In this document: positions 25,849 to 45,083 of the stretch, piece by piece
Layout: each line of letters begins with the position of its first letter
Position numbering within the stretch: position 1 is the first letter of the stretch
Assembly (NCBI GenBank): GCA_012295275.1
Contig: CM022665.1
Span: 20,460,001-20,524,000 of the forward strand
Length of the DNA stretch: 64,000 bases
Direction: 5' to 3'
DNA from: Chrysomallon squamiferum
Taxonomy: Eukaryota > Animalia > Mollusca
Translations under genes and position numbers: made by a program
The notes under the pieces: model-generated
The model's database searches: none
Seen by the model: the letters and a program-made list of their open reading frames with translations, nothing else
What the model was told of the DNA's origin: nothing

Positions 25849-27684
25849 ACTCATTCTTTGTAGACTTTGTAACTGGGGAATTAACTGTCTGTTCAGCCAA
25901 TGTAGTAAGTAATAATATAATATGATGTTCATCATTTCTCAGTTATTTTATTTTATTTTTATCATTATTATTAGTTGTATTAGCAGGAACAGTTGTAGTA
26001 CTACTATTATTGTTGTTGTTGTTGTTGTTCTTTTAATAAAATCTGAAAGAGAGGCATGCATCATTTTTACTATTTCATCTTTTAGTTATCAGGCTTTTAT
26101 TTATTAAGTTAACATATTCATGAACAGTTCTTCTTTTTCTTTTTAGGATGCCTTCATGTGCCACTTGAATAAATTTTCAGTCTGTTGTGAATATTTGCAG
26201 CTGTAGGATACAAAGCTTGTAGCATGATGCAGAACATTTGCACTGCAGTAAAGTTGTCATCTGAGATGTCTGTGTGTTCTTTTTACATTCACAGGTTCAC
26301 TTACCTTTGTGATACAGTTTGCTAAGTAAGCTGTCATAATAATTAAAATTTAATTTAAAACATATTTCTTATAATGAGTTTCAGTTTTTAAAATTGTTAG
26401 TAGCAATACAAAAGCAGTTTTTTTGTTGTTGTTGTTGTTGTTGTTGTTTCAGTTCTGTTATATTTAAAAAAAAACATATAATGAAATTCATACACATGTT
26501 TTCTTTTCTTTCCTTTTTTAAAAACCACTCCCAAAACAATACACTTATGCTACTTGTCCTAAATATACACAGAAAAAATTATACATTATGGTTTATATAA
26601 AATAATTATACCATTTATTTTTAGAAACTTGATAATTACTTAATTTTTGCAGCTTATCTTTACATTTTTATTATTCATTATTATTTTATTATTTTTATAT
26701 ATTATTTTTTTATTATTATCATTATTTTATTTTATTTTGTTTTATTTCTTATTTCTGTTAATAATTTTTGTATTTTCTGTGTGAAAGTTTAAAAATGCTG
26801 ATGCTTATAATTAATTTTTAAAATGAAATTTTCATATCTAGTCTGGATGTGTGGATGTTACAAGAAACTGAAAACCTCTGAGTTCATGTTTGACAGTTTT
26901 TAACTAAGAATTAAGTGTTTAACAATTCCACTGAAATTTAGAAATGCTTCTCTGTGAGTGTGTCTGTAAAATGAGATCCTAAATCTGTTTATTTTAAATT
27001 TAAACCCAGCCCTGCTAATTAGTAAAAATATTAGTATGTATTTGTGTGTTTAATGCTTTTAGATTTTAAATTGGTGTCTCATATCCATGCTGTTCATCAT
27101 AAAATATTTCAAAAGCAAACCCAGTGAAAATCACATTGTGCAAAGTGCAATATTATTATTTTTTGTAATAAAAAAAGAATTGTTTTATGCAAGTTTAATT
27201 AATTTTTTTTTAATTTTTTTTTTTTATGAAAAGTTAATGTGCCTTTACACTGTTGAATTCAATCAGTATTTTGTGTCCAAAGTTTTATTTGGAGCATTTA
27301 CTTTAAACATATTTTTTTTTTTGTATTCTAATTAAAAACAAATGTTATAAGAAAAATGTGTTCAAGAATTTATTATTTCCATAATGGTTTTTAGCTATAA
27401 CTTTTTTTTTTTTTTTTTTTTTTTTTAAAGTTTTGTTGTCATATTTTTTAAATGAAATTTATTAACCCCTCTATTGTTATCTGTGATGAACAAGTAACAT
27501 TACTACCACAAGTATTACAGGTCAAATAATTTTACATAATGTATAATTAAATAAAACTTACAAGATATTAAAATCCTTGTCTGTATGTTTAATATTCTTA
27601 AGGTGAAAATTTTGTGTGACAAAATTAGCATCATTAATAAGTGAACATTTTTAAAATTTGCATGAAAATATTTATAAGTAATAA

Positions 27685-27725
<41 letters not shown>

Positions 27726-29914
27726 CAGTTCAGCTGTTAACTGTAAAATTTATTGAAAGAGGTGAATATACTTTGAAATGTGTACCAAACTATCAGTTAA
27801 CTTAATGTTTCTGAAATAATATTATTTTTTTTTTTTTTTTTTTTTTTACATTGTAGAAATTACTTTCTTCTGTATCAGTAAACAATATGGATTTTTTGGC
27901 AGGATTTACTTTCTTAATTACCATAATTATTATCCTTTTTAGTAACTTATTACTTTTTATTTTATTTTATTTTATCAGTAATATTTTTATTTATTATTGA
28001 CTACCAAGTAATTTTTAAAAAATAAATTAATTAAAACAGTTTTGGTTAATTATGACAAAAATATGTCTCAGTTTAAAAGTTATGGTTTTAAAACTTATTT
28101 TTGAAATAAATTTTTATTTGACAGTTTTTGGTGTTTGTTTTTATTGAAAATAAAATAAAATTTGTTGTTATTTTCGTACTCACTCTCTACTTAAGTTGAA
28201 GGTCATGGCCGTGGAATTCAGGGCCATTAATAAAAGAACGTAGGACCCCTGGGTGTTGTGTCTGTACTTCACGCTTTTCATAGATGTATCTTTTGTTGTC
28301 AAATAAATATTTAAAGATCACGGAATTAATATAGTAGTGATTTGAATTATATATGATTTTTGTTGTTTCAAAGTTACGTAAACACATAACGTGAAAATAA
28401 AAATATTAACAAATGTAACACACACACACACACACACACACATACATAGTTTTCTGACATAAACGTTCCGACGGAGAAAACCTAACTGCTGAAGTTAATG
28501 GTGGAAAGTTCACTGAACAAACAAAATGGTAGACAACCCCGTCGTGCTCACAAAAGAAGCTCGAGGAAGTGATAAACAATATATTAACATAACCAGATCA
28601 CAAACAGAGTTCATGTTAAATGATACCTTGCAATGCCACAGTTAACCGACTGTGGGTGACTGCGCTTCGCTGGAAAAGAATAAAGATGTATTTTTTTTAA
28701 AACGACAAAAATAACAAATTCCTTTTATAATAAAAAAAAAAAAAAAAAAAAAAATTTGTACAGAACGAAGGAGAGAACGAATACTTTTTCTGACAACGAT
28801 TTTGAGGTTTATACAACATACTAGGTGAGTAAATAATTTATAACTTTTATTTAGCGATATATCAGCTCTTTCTAGTATTTGCAGTTAGACGATGATTTGT
28901 TTACTTGTTCTCTGTCAGACTCTAAATGCCTTGTAATTTTAATGACAGTGCCTTGGGATTTATATTTACAACAACAACTACGTCAATAACAATAACAGTA
29001 ACAACAACAACAACAACAATAATAATCACAATCACAACAAGAGGAACAATAACAATAATAGTAATAGTAACAACAACACCAGTAATAATAATAATAATAA
29101 CAACAGTAACAATGATAAAAGTAGCAGTCACAACAAGTGAAACAATAACAATAATAGTAACAATTACAACAACAACAACAACAGTACCAACAATAATAAT
29201 AATAACAAACAAAAAACCCCAGAACATTTCAGAAGCCTACATAAAGATTGTAACTTGTAGGATGCAGTTTGTAAAATAATTATATTTTCTGTAAAGAAGA
29301 TATAACTTCATATTTGGAAAATTTTCATCATAACAGTTTCTAAGTTACATAAATATAGCTTTTCGTATAGTTTGTAAAGTAATTATTTTTTATCACTCAG
29401 TTTATAATAATAATTATAATTTTGTTACAGAACTTGCAGAATAATTACAATTTTTATCACACAGGTTATACAATAAATAATTATAATTTTTATTAGAGTT
29501 TCTTAAATAATTATAAACTTGATTAAGCAGTTCATAGAATAATGACAAATTTTACTACACGGGTTGTTTATCACCCACTGTGTACTATTTTCTGTATATC
29601 AGTATCAACTTACGGTCCCTACGTCACAACGTAAAGCTAAATCCGCCCCTTGTCACATAATACTTTAGTCCAGTAAACAGAACTCTGGCCACAGGTAATC
29701 TAATCTGTTCACCTTCAAAGTACTTTTCACCTTCGTTGTGTTTATTAATTAAAAGTGTGTGTTAAAAACGTACTTACCCGTATACTTGAAAAATACGTCA
29801 TCTGCACTACAAAGGTAACAAGAGTGAGTGGATGTTTGTTAATCTTTAGCATTAACAAATTAAGTTTCAGTGGTATGTTTTGTTTTATTTAATTTATTTA
29901 TCTTTTTATTTTAT

Positions 29915-29978
<64 letters not shown>

Positions 29979-30267
29979 TTTTTTTTTTTTTTTTTTTTTA
30001 TCATGATTTACAAGTTAAAACATACCCACTGGTAGGAAAATACATACTAGGTGCTTGAAAGATCAGTTATGTACCTTCGGACAACTGACCCGGCGACCGT
30101 GCTGAAAACTGAGTTACAAATAACGTGAACGCATTTTGTTACAGAGTTGACAATCTGTCCGTCTGTCGCGATTTTGTATTGTGCTGTATGCTAGAATACA
30201 AACCTTTGCTTGAGAAAGAAAGAAAAATGCCCGCTTACGCCATACTGTAATATATTTACTAATACTA

Positions 30268-30302
<35 letters not shown>

Positions 30303-30409
30303 ACTACTACTACTTCTACCACTACTTCTACTACTAATGCTAATGACCGACGTTAACTTAACTGTAGTTAAATAACCTGTTATAATACTACACTTACTTA
30401 GAAGATTGT

Positions 30410-30660
30410 TAAGTAGTTAAGTAGAAATAGTGTTTGTGAAGTGATATTATATGTTGTGGGTTTTTTTAAGACAGTATTTGAAGTAATGTTTGTGAAATAT
30501 TAAAAGTAGTATTAGAAGTAATTTTTATGAAGTAGTATTAGAAGTGTTTGTGGAGTAGTATTAGAAGCAGTATTTGTGAATTAGTATTAGAAGTTGTGTT
30601 TGTCAAGTAGTACTAAAAGTAGATTTAGAAGTAATGGTTGTGAACTAGTATTGTAAGTAT
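30410..30660 (+). repeat. Low-complexity GAAGTAGTATTA/TTTGTGAA tandem repeat
   Basis: Repeated GAAGTAGTATTAGAAGT and GTTTGTGAA units upstream of the GH3 gene. Confidence 0.55.
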
Positions 30661-30932
30661 GTATTTCTGTTTGTAAGCTAGAAAATGCGATTTGTTGTAA
30701 AGATGTTTTCATGCGTTAGTTCTTTATCTCAAATTACAATGACCGCTGCTGTATGTTTTGAGGAAATAATAAATCAGCTCAGACACCAGAACACCTTATG
30801 TGTCGACTGCGCGTGATATCGACGTGAAAAGTAATCAGCATTTAGCCAGCTTACACAGTTATACACCTCTTGCTGCAGATTCGCAGTGTGAATGTAAAAT
30901 CACTTTTATTTTCTACTTGTAGCTTGATCACC

Positions 30933-36201
<5,269 letters not shown>

Positions 36202-36832
36202 AAGAATGATTCAATGAAGCAACAATCAAACGAACAAATAAACAGATGAATGGACGATAAACGAACAATGAATAAACGAATGACGGATCAATGAATATAT
36301 AAATAAATGGATGGATGGTTGAATGAAAAAATAAATGGGCAAACGAATGAATAAATTAACTGATGGTTATATGAATGGATGGATGAATATATAAAGATAT
36401 TTCTACTACAAGGCAGGAAACAACACAATGACCTCTCTAACATCCTTAAGTTTTATTTTCCTTACAACATATTTGTATTTATGTAAAAAAATAGCGTTGT
36501 TGTTATTATTATCTACATGGTAGGAGACTCACTATTAATACCACTACCAAGGAACTCTGTAAACTGGTGGTTTTTTTATTATTATTATTTATATATTATT
36601 TTTTTTTATTTACTATTTTGTTCGTTCTTTCTTTCTTTTTTTCCTTGGTGGCGGGTGAGCCACTGAAGAACCCTACTGATACCTCCCTCATTTTTCTTAC
36701 ATTGCTGTCAGTGTGTTACTCTGTGAAACACAATGTTGATATTAGGAGACAAGTGATGTTAAAATGATTTAAAACACTGCAGACGAAAAACAATTCTCGA
36801 TACAGCGATATTAATTTTTGTCTAGTAACCTG

Positions 36833-36917
<85 letters not shown>

Positions 36918-37465
36918 GTCTGTCTGTCAGTCTCTATTTTTTATTTGTTTCTCATATATCACCGATTTTCTTTCTTTCTTTCCTTCTTCTTTCCCCGTCC
37001 AGTTATCTATATTTGTAGTTAATTATAAATTATACTATATTATATTGATCCATTTATTTTATTAGTAGTACGAAATGTAACATTAATTTTGTACACAGAC
37101 GTTATTTATGTGATGGTAGATGTTGATAAATAGCTGTAATAATATATTTGAAAAATATATATAAAATTTAATTAATCAAAACTGTTTTTGTCTTCTGTAA
37201 CACAGAAACGAATTTTGCATGGAAGAATTTCAAACCAAAGTAGCGGTGCTAATAAGATGATGACGACGATGTTACAGTAATGATGATTATGATGATGTCA
37301 ACATAATAAATATAATGGTGATGATAATAATGACGATAATGATGATGATGATGATGATAAAAACTCTATGATGTGAATAATCAAGCTCTGTTGATTTTAG
37401 TCAATATAGTGTGTGTGTATGTGTTTATGAATGTATATATGTACGTATGTGTCCGCATGTAGGTG

Positions 37466-37496
<31 letters not shown>

Positions 37497-38242
37497 CAGT
37501 TTCTGTGTGTAAATAAGCATGTCGGTGCGTATGGTTGTATGTATTTTTGTTTTCATGAGTAAGTCTGTCTGTATTTGTGTATATATATGTGTGTCAGTGC
37601 ATGTGTCTGGATGTATACATGTACACGTGGGTGTCTGTCTGTCTGTCTGTCTATGTGTTTTAATGTTTATTATTTCTATTTATTATTACAGATGCATGTA
37701 AGCTGAATCACGAACTGGTATAAAATCAGTGAAGACTTTCACAAAACAGATTAAACAAAATGATTACAATAAACACGATCATGTAATGTACTGCTTTATT
37801 ATGGGGACTCTAACCGTCCGGTAATAATAAAAGCGATCCGGAATCGGGATAATCCGTTTTATAGTTCTAACAGAATATTTATCTTTAAAATCAGACGAAA
37901 TAAGAACACCGATAGCCGGGTTTGTGATGAGATTACACAGATCACGTGTTATTTCAAAGAAACCAACGACGCGCCTCGTTTCATTTACTGTATGACCATT
38001 TTCCATGAAAGACACAAACCTCCGGAGAGCAAAACCTGATATAGAGTTTTCTTCTTCTTAACAGTCCTTCTAAAGTAGAAATAAACGTATAAAATTGCAT
38101 CGTATATGATGTATTCTAAGAAATGTGTCAAAACAATAGCTTGAAATAACTAAACATGCACTATCACTTTAAATAACTTGATTTTCATTCTTTATAATTT
38201 TGTTAGTGGGGCGTTTAAGTTTAAAATGTATGTGTGTGCATG

Positions 38243-38287
<45 letters not shown>

Positions 38288-38382
38288 CACATAACAAAGC
38301 GTCCAAAATAAATTACCAACAACAAAACAAATGCAACTGCATCAACAACAATAACAACAACAACAAAACAAAACACAATAGC

Positions 38383-38417
<35 letters not shown>

Positions 38418-38553
38418 CAACAACAACAACAACAAAAACAACGATAGCAATAATAATAGCAATAATAATAATAATAATAAAGATGATGATGATGATAACA
38501 ACAACAACAAAAGAATAATAGCAGTAGTAGCAGTAGCAGTAGTAGTAGTAATG

Positions 38554-38593
<40 letters not shown>

Positions 38594-39127
38594 AGTGTAT
38601 TGCACGTATTGTGAGAACGGGTCACATGTTGCTAAGTGTCTGGGTTGTTTTCTCAAACAAGACTGTCAATAGCAGTTCAATAAGTCGCTTAGTTCACTCT
38701 ATACCTTTGCAATTCAATACCGCTTCTGAAAAAAAAAAAATTAAAAATATGTACTACGAGTTTAATAGAGTAGGGTGAACGCACACGTATTGTTCATACG
38801 CGCGGCTCGTGACAGAGCTAGGGAAACAGAAGTAACGACCAGAAAGCAAATGAAATCAGACGCCAGACTTAGTATCAGATATTTTATAACAGTCAATGTA
38901 GTATATCTGGTATCTCCATGCACGGGTTAACGTTTATTAAAGTCTTCTGTGCAATCAATTTAAGCTGTACATTTACATGGAGACGTTCACGGCAGTCCAG
39001 GGTGAGGTATCCAGGGTAGGGGGATAATATCTACATAAACGATAATATTCAGATTACGGTAGAAGGTGGCCAGATGCGTTTATGGATATTTAAAAGGGAA
39101 CAAGAACAGTTTCCATAGTTTATAGAT

Positions 39128-39237
<110 letters not shown>

Positions 39238-39389
39238 GTTCACACATACACATTTGGACACACAGGCAATAATCACAGATGTCATATGAAAAATAAATTT
39301 TGTGAACCCTCTACTGAAGGTTCATTCCTTTGTTGTTGTTTTTTTGTTTTTTTACTTTGTTTTATTTTTTAGTATATCTTTAGAACTGA

Positions 39390-39727
39390 AGTTAGTGTCA
39401 ATAGCAGTGTCAGTTTTAGTGTCAGTATTAGTGTAATAGTTCAGTGTCAGTGTTTGTGTTAGTGTACGTTTCGGTGTCAGTGTCAGTAACAGTGACATTG
39501 TCAGTAGTAGTAGTTTCAGTGTTAGTGTCAGTGTTAGTGACAGTGTCATTGTCAGTAACAGTGGCTTTGTCAGTAGTAGTAGTTTCAGTGTTAGTGTCAG
39601 TGTTAGTAACACTGTCAGTAACAGTGACACTGTCAGTATTAGTAGTTTCAGTGTCAGTGTCAATGTTAGTAACAGTGTTAGTGTCAGTAACAGTGTTGTT
39701 GGTGCCAGTGTCAGAGTCATTGTCAGC
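39390..39727. repeat. (GTCAGT/GTTAGT)n hexamer repeat with ~60-bp higher-order period
   Basis: Repeating GTGTCAGTGTTAGT...GTAACAGTGACATTGTCAGTAGTAGTAGTTTCA blocks. It produces the spurious L/T- and S/V-rich ORFs. Confidence 0.8.
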
Positions 39728-41178
39728 ATGTAAAGGAAGAGAGATGCAGGAAAACTGTTAAATAGACAGTATACAGAAAAAAGACAGAAACAAAGAATGA
39801 TAGATAGAAAGGAAGAAAAAAAGAGAGAAAAAGCAGAAAGAAAAGAACAAAGAAAACAAAATGGAAATTTAAAATAGATAGATAGATAGATAAATGAAAA
39901 AAATAATAATAAAAAATAAAATAGAAGAATAAAACATTTTTGAAAAAAGAAGAAAGAAAACAAAATGGAATTTAAAAACAAGAAAAAAAAAAAGCCAGCC
40001 AATAACAAAAGTCCACAAAGAAACCCCCTCCCTACACCAAAAAAGAAAAAAAAAGAAACAACAGAATTCAAAATGAAAATATTCTCCTTAAATTTATTAC
40101 ACTAACAGAGTACAGGGAACACGACAGCAAATTTTCTTAGAAAAATAGTAAACATGACTGTGACTAGTAAGCTGTTTAATACTGAAGCAGTCAACTGATT
40201 TGTAACAGAAAAAGCCGAGAAATAAACACGTTATTTATAATACTTACTGAACGACATGTGAAATTTATTCTAAAGAAATCAATAATCTTGCACGCAGAAA
40301 TCCACTAAATCAGTTTCAAATAAAAATTAAAGAGAACAACGAAAGGAAAAGTTATTATCGTTCACGGAACATGACTGAATACATTTATCATCAACGACAT
40401 TAATATTATCATCATTACTATTACTGTTATTAGTGTTATTATTGTTTATTATTGTTCATTGTTGTTATTATTATTATTATTATTTTTTATATTATTATTG
40501 TTATTATTAATCACATACCAACATTAAAACACACAAATGAAAAACACTTGTTTTTTTCTTTAAAATTTTAAACAAAAATAAAAGACTTTTATATATATTT
40601 TAAAAAAATAAAACAGAATACATATCATCTTTTTTAAAATTAAATTATAAAATAAATATAAAAATCTCACCTATGACAAACATGGTGAGCAACCTTTACT
40701 AAAACAAACATATTAATACTGTTTTACATTTCCATACAACGGAAAATATCAAATATTGACTGGAACTACAGTTATTTTTCAAAAATCATAAAGTCATTCT
40801 CTTTGAAAATGTCAGTCTGGTTAACTTCTTCTTTTCGAAAAATATAATCAGTAATGTGTGTACGAGTGTCCACTGCAAAGTGTAATAGCTAGACACACTG
40901 AATCTTTGATAAGCCAAAAAGTCCACCAACTAAAAGCAAGACAGAGTTCTCCACTTCACACACAGAAGATTAAAAACTGAAGAAAATGTCTAAAGTGTTT
41001 ACAAGTGCATCCCATTTAGCATCGACACAAGTTCTAAAATAGAAATCTCTGAAATCATATCTAGGCTGAAATGTTTGTTTTTTCTTGTAAATCATGTGTC
41101 AGAACGTTCCGACAATCTGGGAAATTCAAAAAAAAAAAAATAAATAAGAAACCAAGAAAAAAAAAAAACACAGTCCAT

Positions 41179-41565
41179 TTAGCAAGATGATCTCCACTGG
41201 ACGAGGTTGCTTGGTGGAATTCCGAATTTGGTTCTTCTGTTGTTGGTATTACGGCTGAAGAAATAGCCACACGTCGGTTTGCCCATCGTACTAAAAGGCG
41301 CCAAAGAGTTTGATTTCATCGTTCTCACCTTACTAAACTCCTTAATGTAACTCCCCTCCAGCCCCAGGGATCTTGTCGTCAGGGGGTAGCTGCCATAGGC
41401 CGACATGTCGTATGCCTGCGGGATTAGGTTTGTATTGCGCATACGGCGCGCATTCAGATGACGTGAATAGCGGTTAGAAATACCCAGAGATTTCAGTCTC
41501 ATTTCTTCCAGATGCTGCCAAGTAAAGGTCCTCGGGTCGACGTTGTAGGTGGGAACAATCTCCAT
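41179..41565 (-). CDS. Uncharacterised small basic protein, 128 aa; paralog of 44685-45083
   Basis: Complete ATG-to-stop ORF, higher GC than its flanks, non-repetitive. It shares two ungapped blocks with the ORF at 44685 (12/20 and 18/42 identities counted by hand). Confidence 0.85.
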   Translation of the reverse strand: MEIVPTYNVDPRTFTWQHLEEMRLKSLGISNRYSRHLNARRMRNTNLIPQAYDMSAYGSYPLTTRSLGLEGSYIKEFSKVRTMKSNSLAPFSTMGKPTCGYFFSRNTNNRRTKFGIPPSNLVQWRSSC

Positions 41566-41657
41566 TAAACTGAACTGAAATATCTCCTCTCCGAGAACAA
41601 ACTTCTTAAAATTTAGTTAACTTGTTCGTTCTTCAATTTCACACACGAAAAAATATG

Positions 41658-41695
<38 letters not shown>

Positions 41696-43438
41696 AGAAG
41701 ATCGTTTTTAAAAAGGCACCTTTATGTTTGTCGTCTGTTGTTAGAGAACAAGCCAACTCTTTGAAATCGTTTGGCAACCAGCCCTCAAAGTTCAGACGTC
41801 TTTCTCAGTCGAAGTACACGCTGATATTGCTAAGCTGTATAAAGCCACATGTGACCAACACCGCTTATTATCCGCTCGCCTTAACAGGAATTAACAACAA
41901 CCGTGACGTGACGTAGGTCTACACAGCGCAGATACACCGGGTCGGGCCGCTTTTCACGCCCTGCATTTATTTATTTATTTATTTATTTATAATTACAGTT
42001 ATTTTGATTTATTTTTCAAATTAGTATTATTATTATTATTATTAGTAGTAGTAGTAGTAGTAGTAGTATTGTTTTTGTTGCTGTTGTTGTTACTGTTGTT
42101 GTTGATGATGATGATGATGATGATGATGTATTTGTTTGAATTATATAATGGTCAATAAACTGACGACAACACCTTCCATTCTGTTTTCCATTTCTGTTCT
42201 CGTATCTCTCTAACATTACCCCTGTTTGCAGCCCGTGACGTCCTTTATTGTTTGCGCTTGACGTAATGTCGTAATGTCCTTTACTGCTTGTGTTCTTTTT
42301 CTTGTCATGTTGCCTAATTTGAACAGAATTCAGTAATACTGTTACAGAACAAAGCGTCGTGTTTACCTCACGGTTTCGTTATTGATCACGCATGAATAGA
42401 CAGCTCTGCTGTTTTGTTATAATTAAAAGGGTGCTGACAACACTGAATCTGTACACAGGTTTTGTACACCTGATATATTGATATTAATGATATATGACGT
42501 AGAGTTTCTGTGCAAATTGTCTGTGCTGAACATGTTTTCTGAATGTAAGAGACAAATGTTTAAACTCTCCTCCGTACAAATCTCTAACGAGGGGTAAAAT
42601 ATGATACCTCGATAATAACAATCACCCATTTTAAACATTCCTGACTGTGTGCCCAATACAGTACTTAAATATATATTATAACATTATATAATTATATTCC
42701 TAAAGCCAGGCTTATTCATGTAAAATGACGTCGTGGCTGTCGCGAGCATGGTAGACGGCGTTATGAATGTCCTGACCTTTGCATATTCTGTATATTAATA
42801 ATTTTTTTCTAAAAAAAAATTAGTTATTTTAATAAATATAATGTAAGAAATATCAAACCTGTGCGGTGCACTGTTGTGTGTAACAGGCAAGTGGTGTCAA
42901 TTACCGAATTTCTGTTTGTAGTGGGTAGCTGCAAGTTTTATTAGGCCGATATATCACTAGCTTCAAAACGAAGCGTTTTTATTTATTTTTATTATTTTTA
43001 TTTTTTTATTTAATTTTATTATTTATTTATTTATTTTTTTTTATTTGTTTATTTGTTTATTTTGTTTTTTTTATTTGGTTATTTATTTATTTTTTTTTTT
43101 TTTTTTTTTTAATTTATTTAATTTATTTATTTATTATATTATTATTATTTTTTTTATATATAATAATAAGACAAAGGTAACAGTCATTTATGCGTTTACA
43201 TGTGTGTTGGGGGAGGTTTTATTTTACTGCTTTGTTGTTGTTTTTGAACATTTTTCGAGTAAGCCATTACTGTGAATAAATCTTGTTTACACATACACGT
43301 GAGAGTTAACTCATCACTATTTCATTTAATCGATATGAAAAACAGATAAATTACATATCTACACAACAACATGCACGTCGCGTTGTACGCTACATACACG
43401 TGTACAGAGACAGGATCGCTCCTCTGTACCCGAGTTAT

Positions 43439-43525
<87 letters not shown>

Positions 43526-43775
43526 TATATAAATTTCTATCTCTTTATCTATCTATATTTCTGCCTCTCCTTTTTTCTATATCTCTACATACATACATAC
43601 ATACATAGTCTACATACATACATAAATATACATACATAAATATACACACAAACATGCATACATATACACATACACACATAGATACATAAACATTTATACA
43701 GATACATATATAGACATACATATATTCATACACACAGTATATATACATATATACGTGTATGTGTGTGTGGACATA

Positions 43776-44473
43776 CAGTGGAACTTTGACTTTGAGTTGC
43801 GAGCCAAAATACGAGTTACGAGCTACCTTCAGATACGCCGCCACTAGTTGCCGCAACCAACAACACAACATCCGCCCAGCATCCGGCGCCTCACTCGTTT
43901 ACTTCACGTTTTAATCGCTGTTGAAGTATCTCTACTGGGTTGAGCTCGAGTTTTGTGCAGTATTTTGCCAACTTTCTTTTTTCTGACCATGGATCCTAAG
44001 AAAGTTAATGCAAAGGACCGCGCTGAGAAGAAGAAGCGGATGATGTCCACTGAGAAAAAGCATGAAATCATAGAAAAACATAAGCGAGGTGTGTGTGTAG
44101 TCGACTTGGCTAGGTGGTACAAGCGTATTTCTTCTACGATATGTACCATATTGAAGAAGGAGTCGATAACGGCTGTAGCTCCAGCCAAAGGAGTTAAAAT
44201 AATTTGTCTGATCTCCAAGATAAATACAGTTTATAAAACCAATTTATTTCTTTACATTCTCTTTAATTTTATTTTTATACAATATTTGTCATTTATAAAT
44301 ACATTTTTCTTATTTAGAAACACATTATAGAAAATGGGGTTATTTTGGGGGGCTGAAACGGATTAATGATATTTCAGTTAATTTCAGTTTGGAAAATTAA
44401 TTTGCTATACAAGCAAATTGAGTTACGAGCTCGGTCACGGAACGAATTAAACTCGTAAGTCAAGGTACCACTG
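43776..44473 (+). mobile_element. Internally deleted Tigger/pogo DNA transposon (698 bp) retaining the transposase N-terminal HTH
   Basis: TA target duplications at 43774-43775 and 44474-44475. Left TIR CAGTGGAACTTTGACTTTGAGTT; right TIR (reverse complement) CAGTGGTACCTTGACTTACGAGTT. An ORF from 43989, MDPKKV..KKKRMMSTEKKHEIIEKHKRGVCVVDLARWYKRISSTICTILKK, is a CENP-B/Tigger psq-type HTH; no DDE domain. Confidence 0.92.
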
Positions 44474-44634
44474 TATTTGTATTTATTATGAGGAGTGGTT
44501 AGACTGGTATAATCAAATACTACTGGATAAACAAGAATCGGCATATTTCTTATTTTCTGATGTTCAAAACACAACTTGCTATGTAGTAATATATAATTTC
44601 CGCGCCTGTTTCCAACACGTCATCATTCTACTGA

Positions 44635-44642
44635 TGACGTCA
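44635..44642. promoter_or_regulatory. Perfect CRE palindrome TGACGTCA
   Basis: About 45 bp upstream of the ATG at 44685, with a second site (ACGTCA) at 44617-44622. Confidence 0.45.
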
Positions 44643-44684
44643 TCTTACTGTTAAAACGTCTCTTAATCCGCACGAATTGTCAAA

Positions 44685-45083
44685 ATGTCTTCATATCCGC
44701 AGGACAGCAGTGACGAGTGGAGAAACGTGTTCGAGTACTTATCCCAACTTAAATACACAAAATGGGATCACGAGGAGGCTCTCAGACTGAAAGAATTACG
44801 TCTGCCAAATCGATATTCAAGATATTTCTGTCGTCTTCCACAAAGAAACATGGCTAACTTCCCGTGGCCTCCCACGTGTCCAGACCCATACGGCACGGCT
44901 GAACTGAAAGAGCGAACCAAACATCTGTCAAAAACCAACTCCATTTCGCCTTTTTACACAATAGGAAAGAAACCCTGTGGATATTCATTCAACCCTGACG
45001 CAGATCATAAAAGAAGAATAACTGGACTTCAATCTGCAAATCTTCCATTATGGCGGCCATACAACACTTCGAGAATGTTTTAA
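44685..45083 (+). CDS. Uncharacterised small basic protein, 132 aa; paralog of 41179-41565
   Basis: Complete ORF with AAAATG start context. Shares W.H.E..RLK.L...NRYSR and K.NS..PF.T.GK..CGY.F...G....NL..WR with the divergent ORF. Confidence 0.85.
   Translation: MSSYPQDSSDEWRNVFEYLSQLKYTKWDHEEALRLKELRLPNRYSRYFCRLPQRNMANFPWPPTCPDPYGTAELKERTKHLSKTNSISPFYTIGKKPCGYSFNPDADHKRRITGLQSANLPLWRPYNTSRMF

Noticed and set aside
28922-29279. Thr/Ile- or Val/Ile-rich ORFs resembling mucin or transmembrane proteins
   Set aside because: They come from an (ACA/ATA)n low-complexity tract with no splice or homology support. The same applies to 38200-38778, 39352-40071 and 46620-47028.
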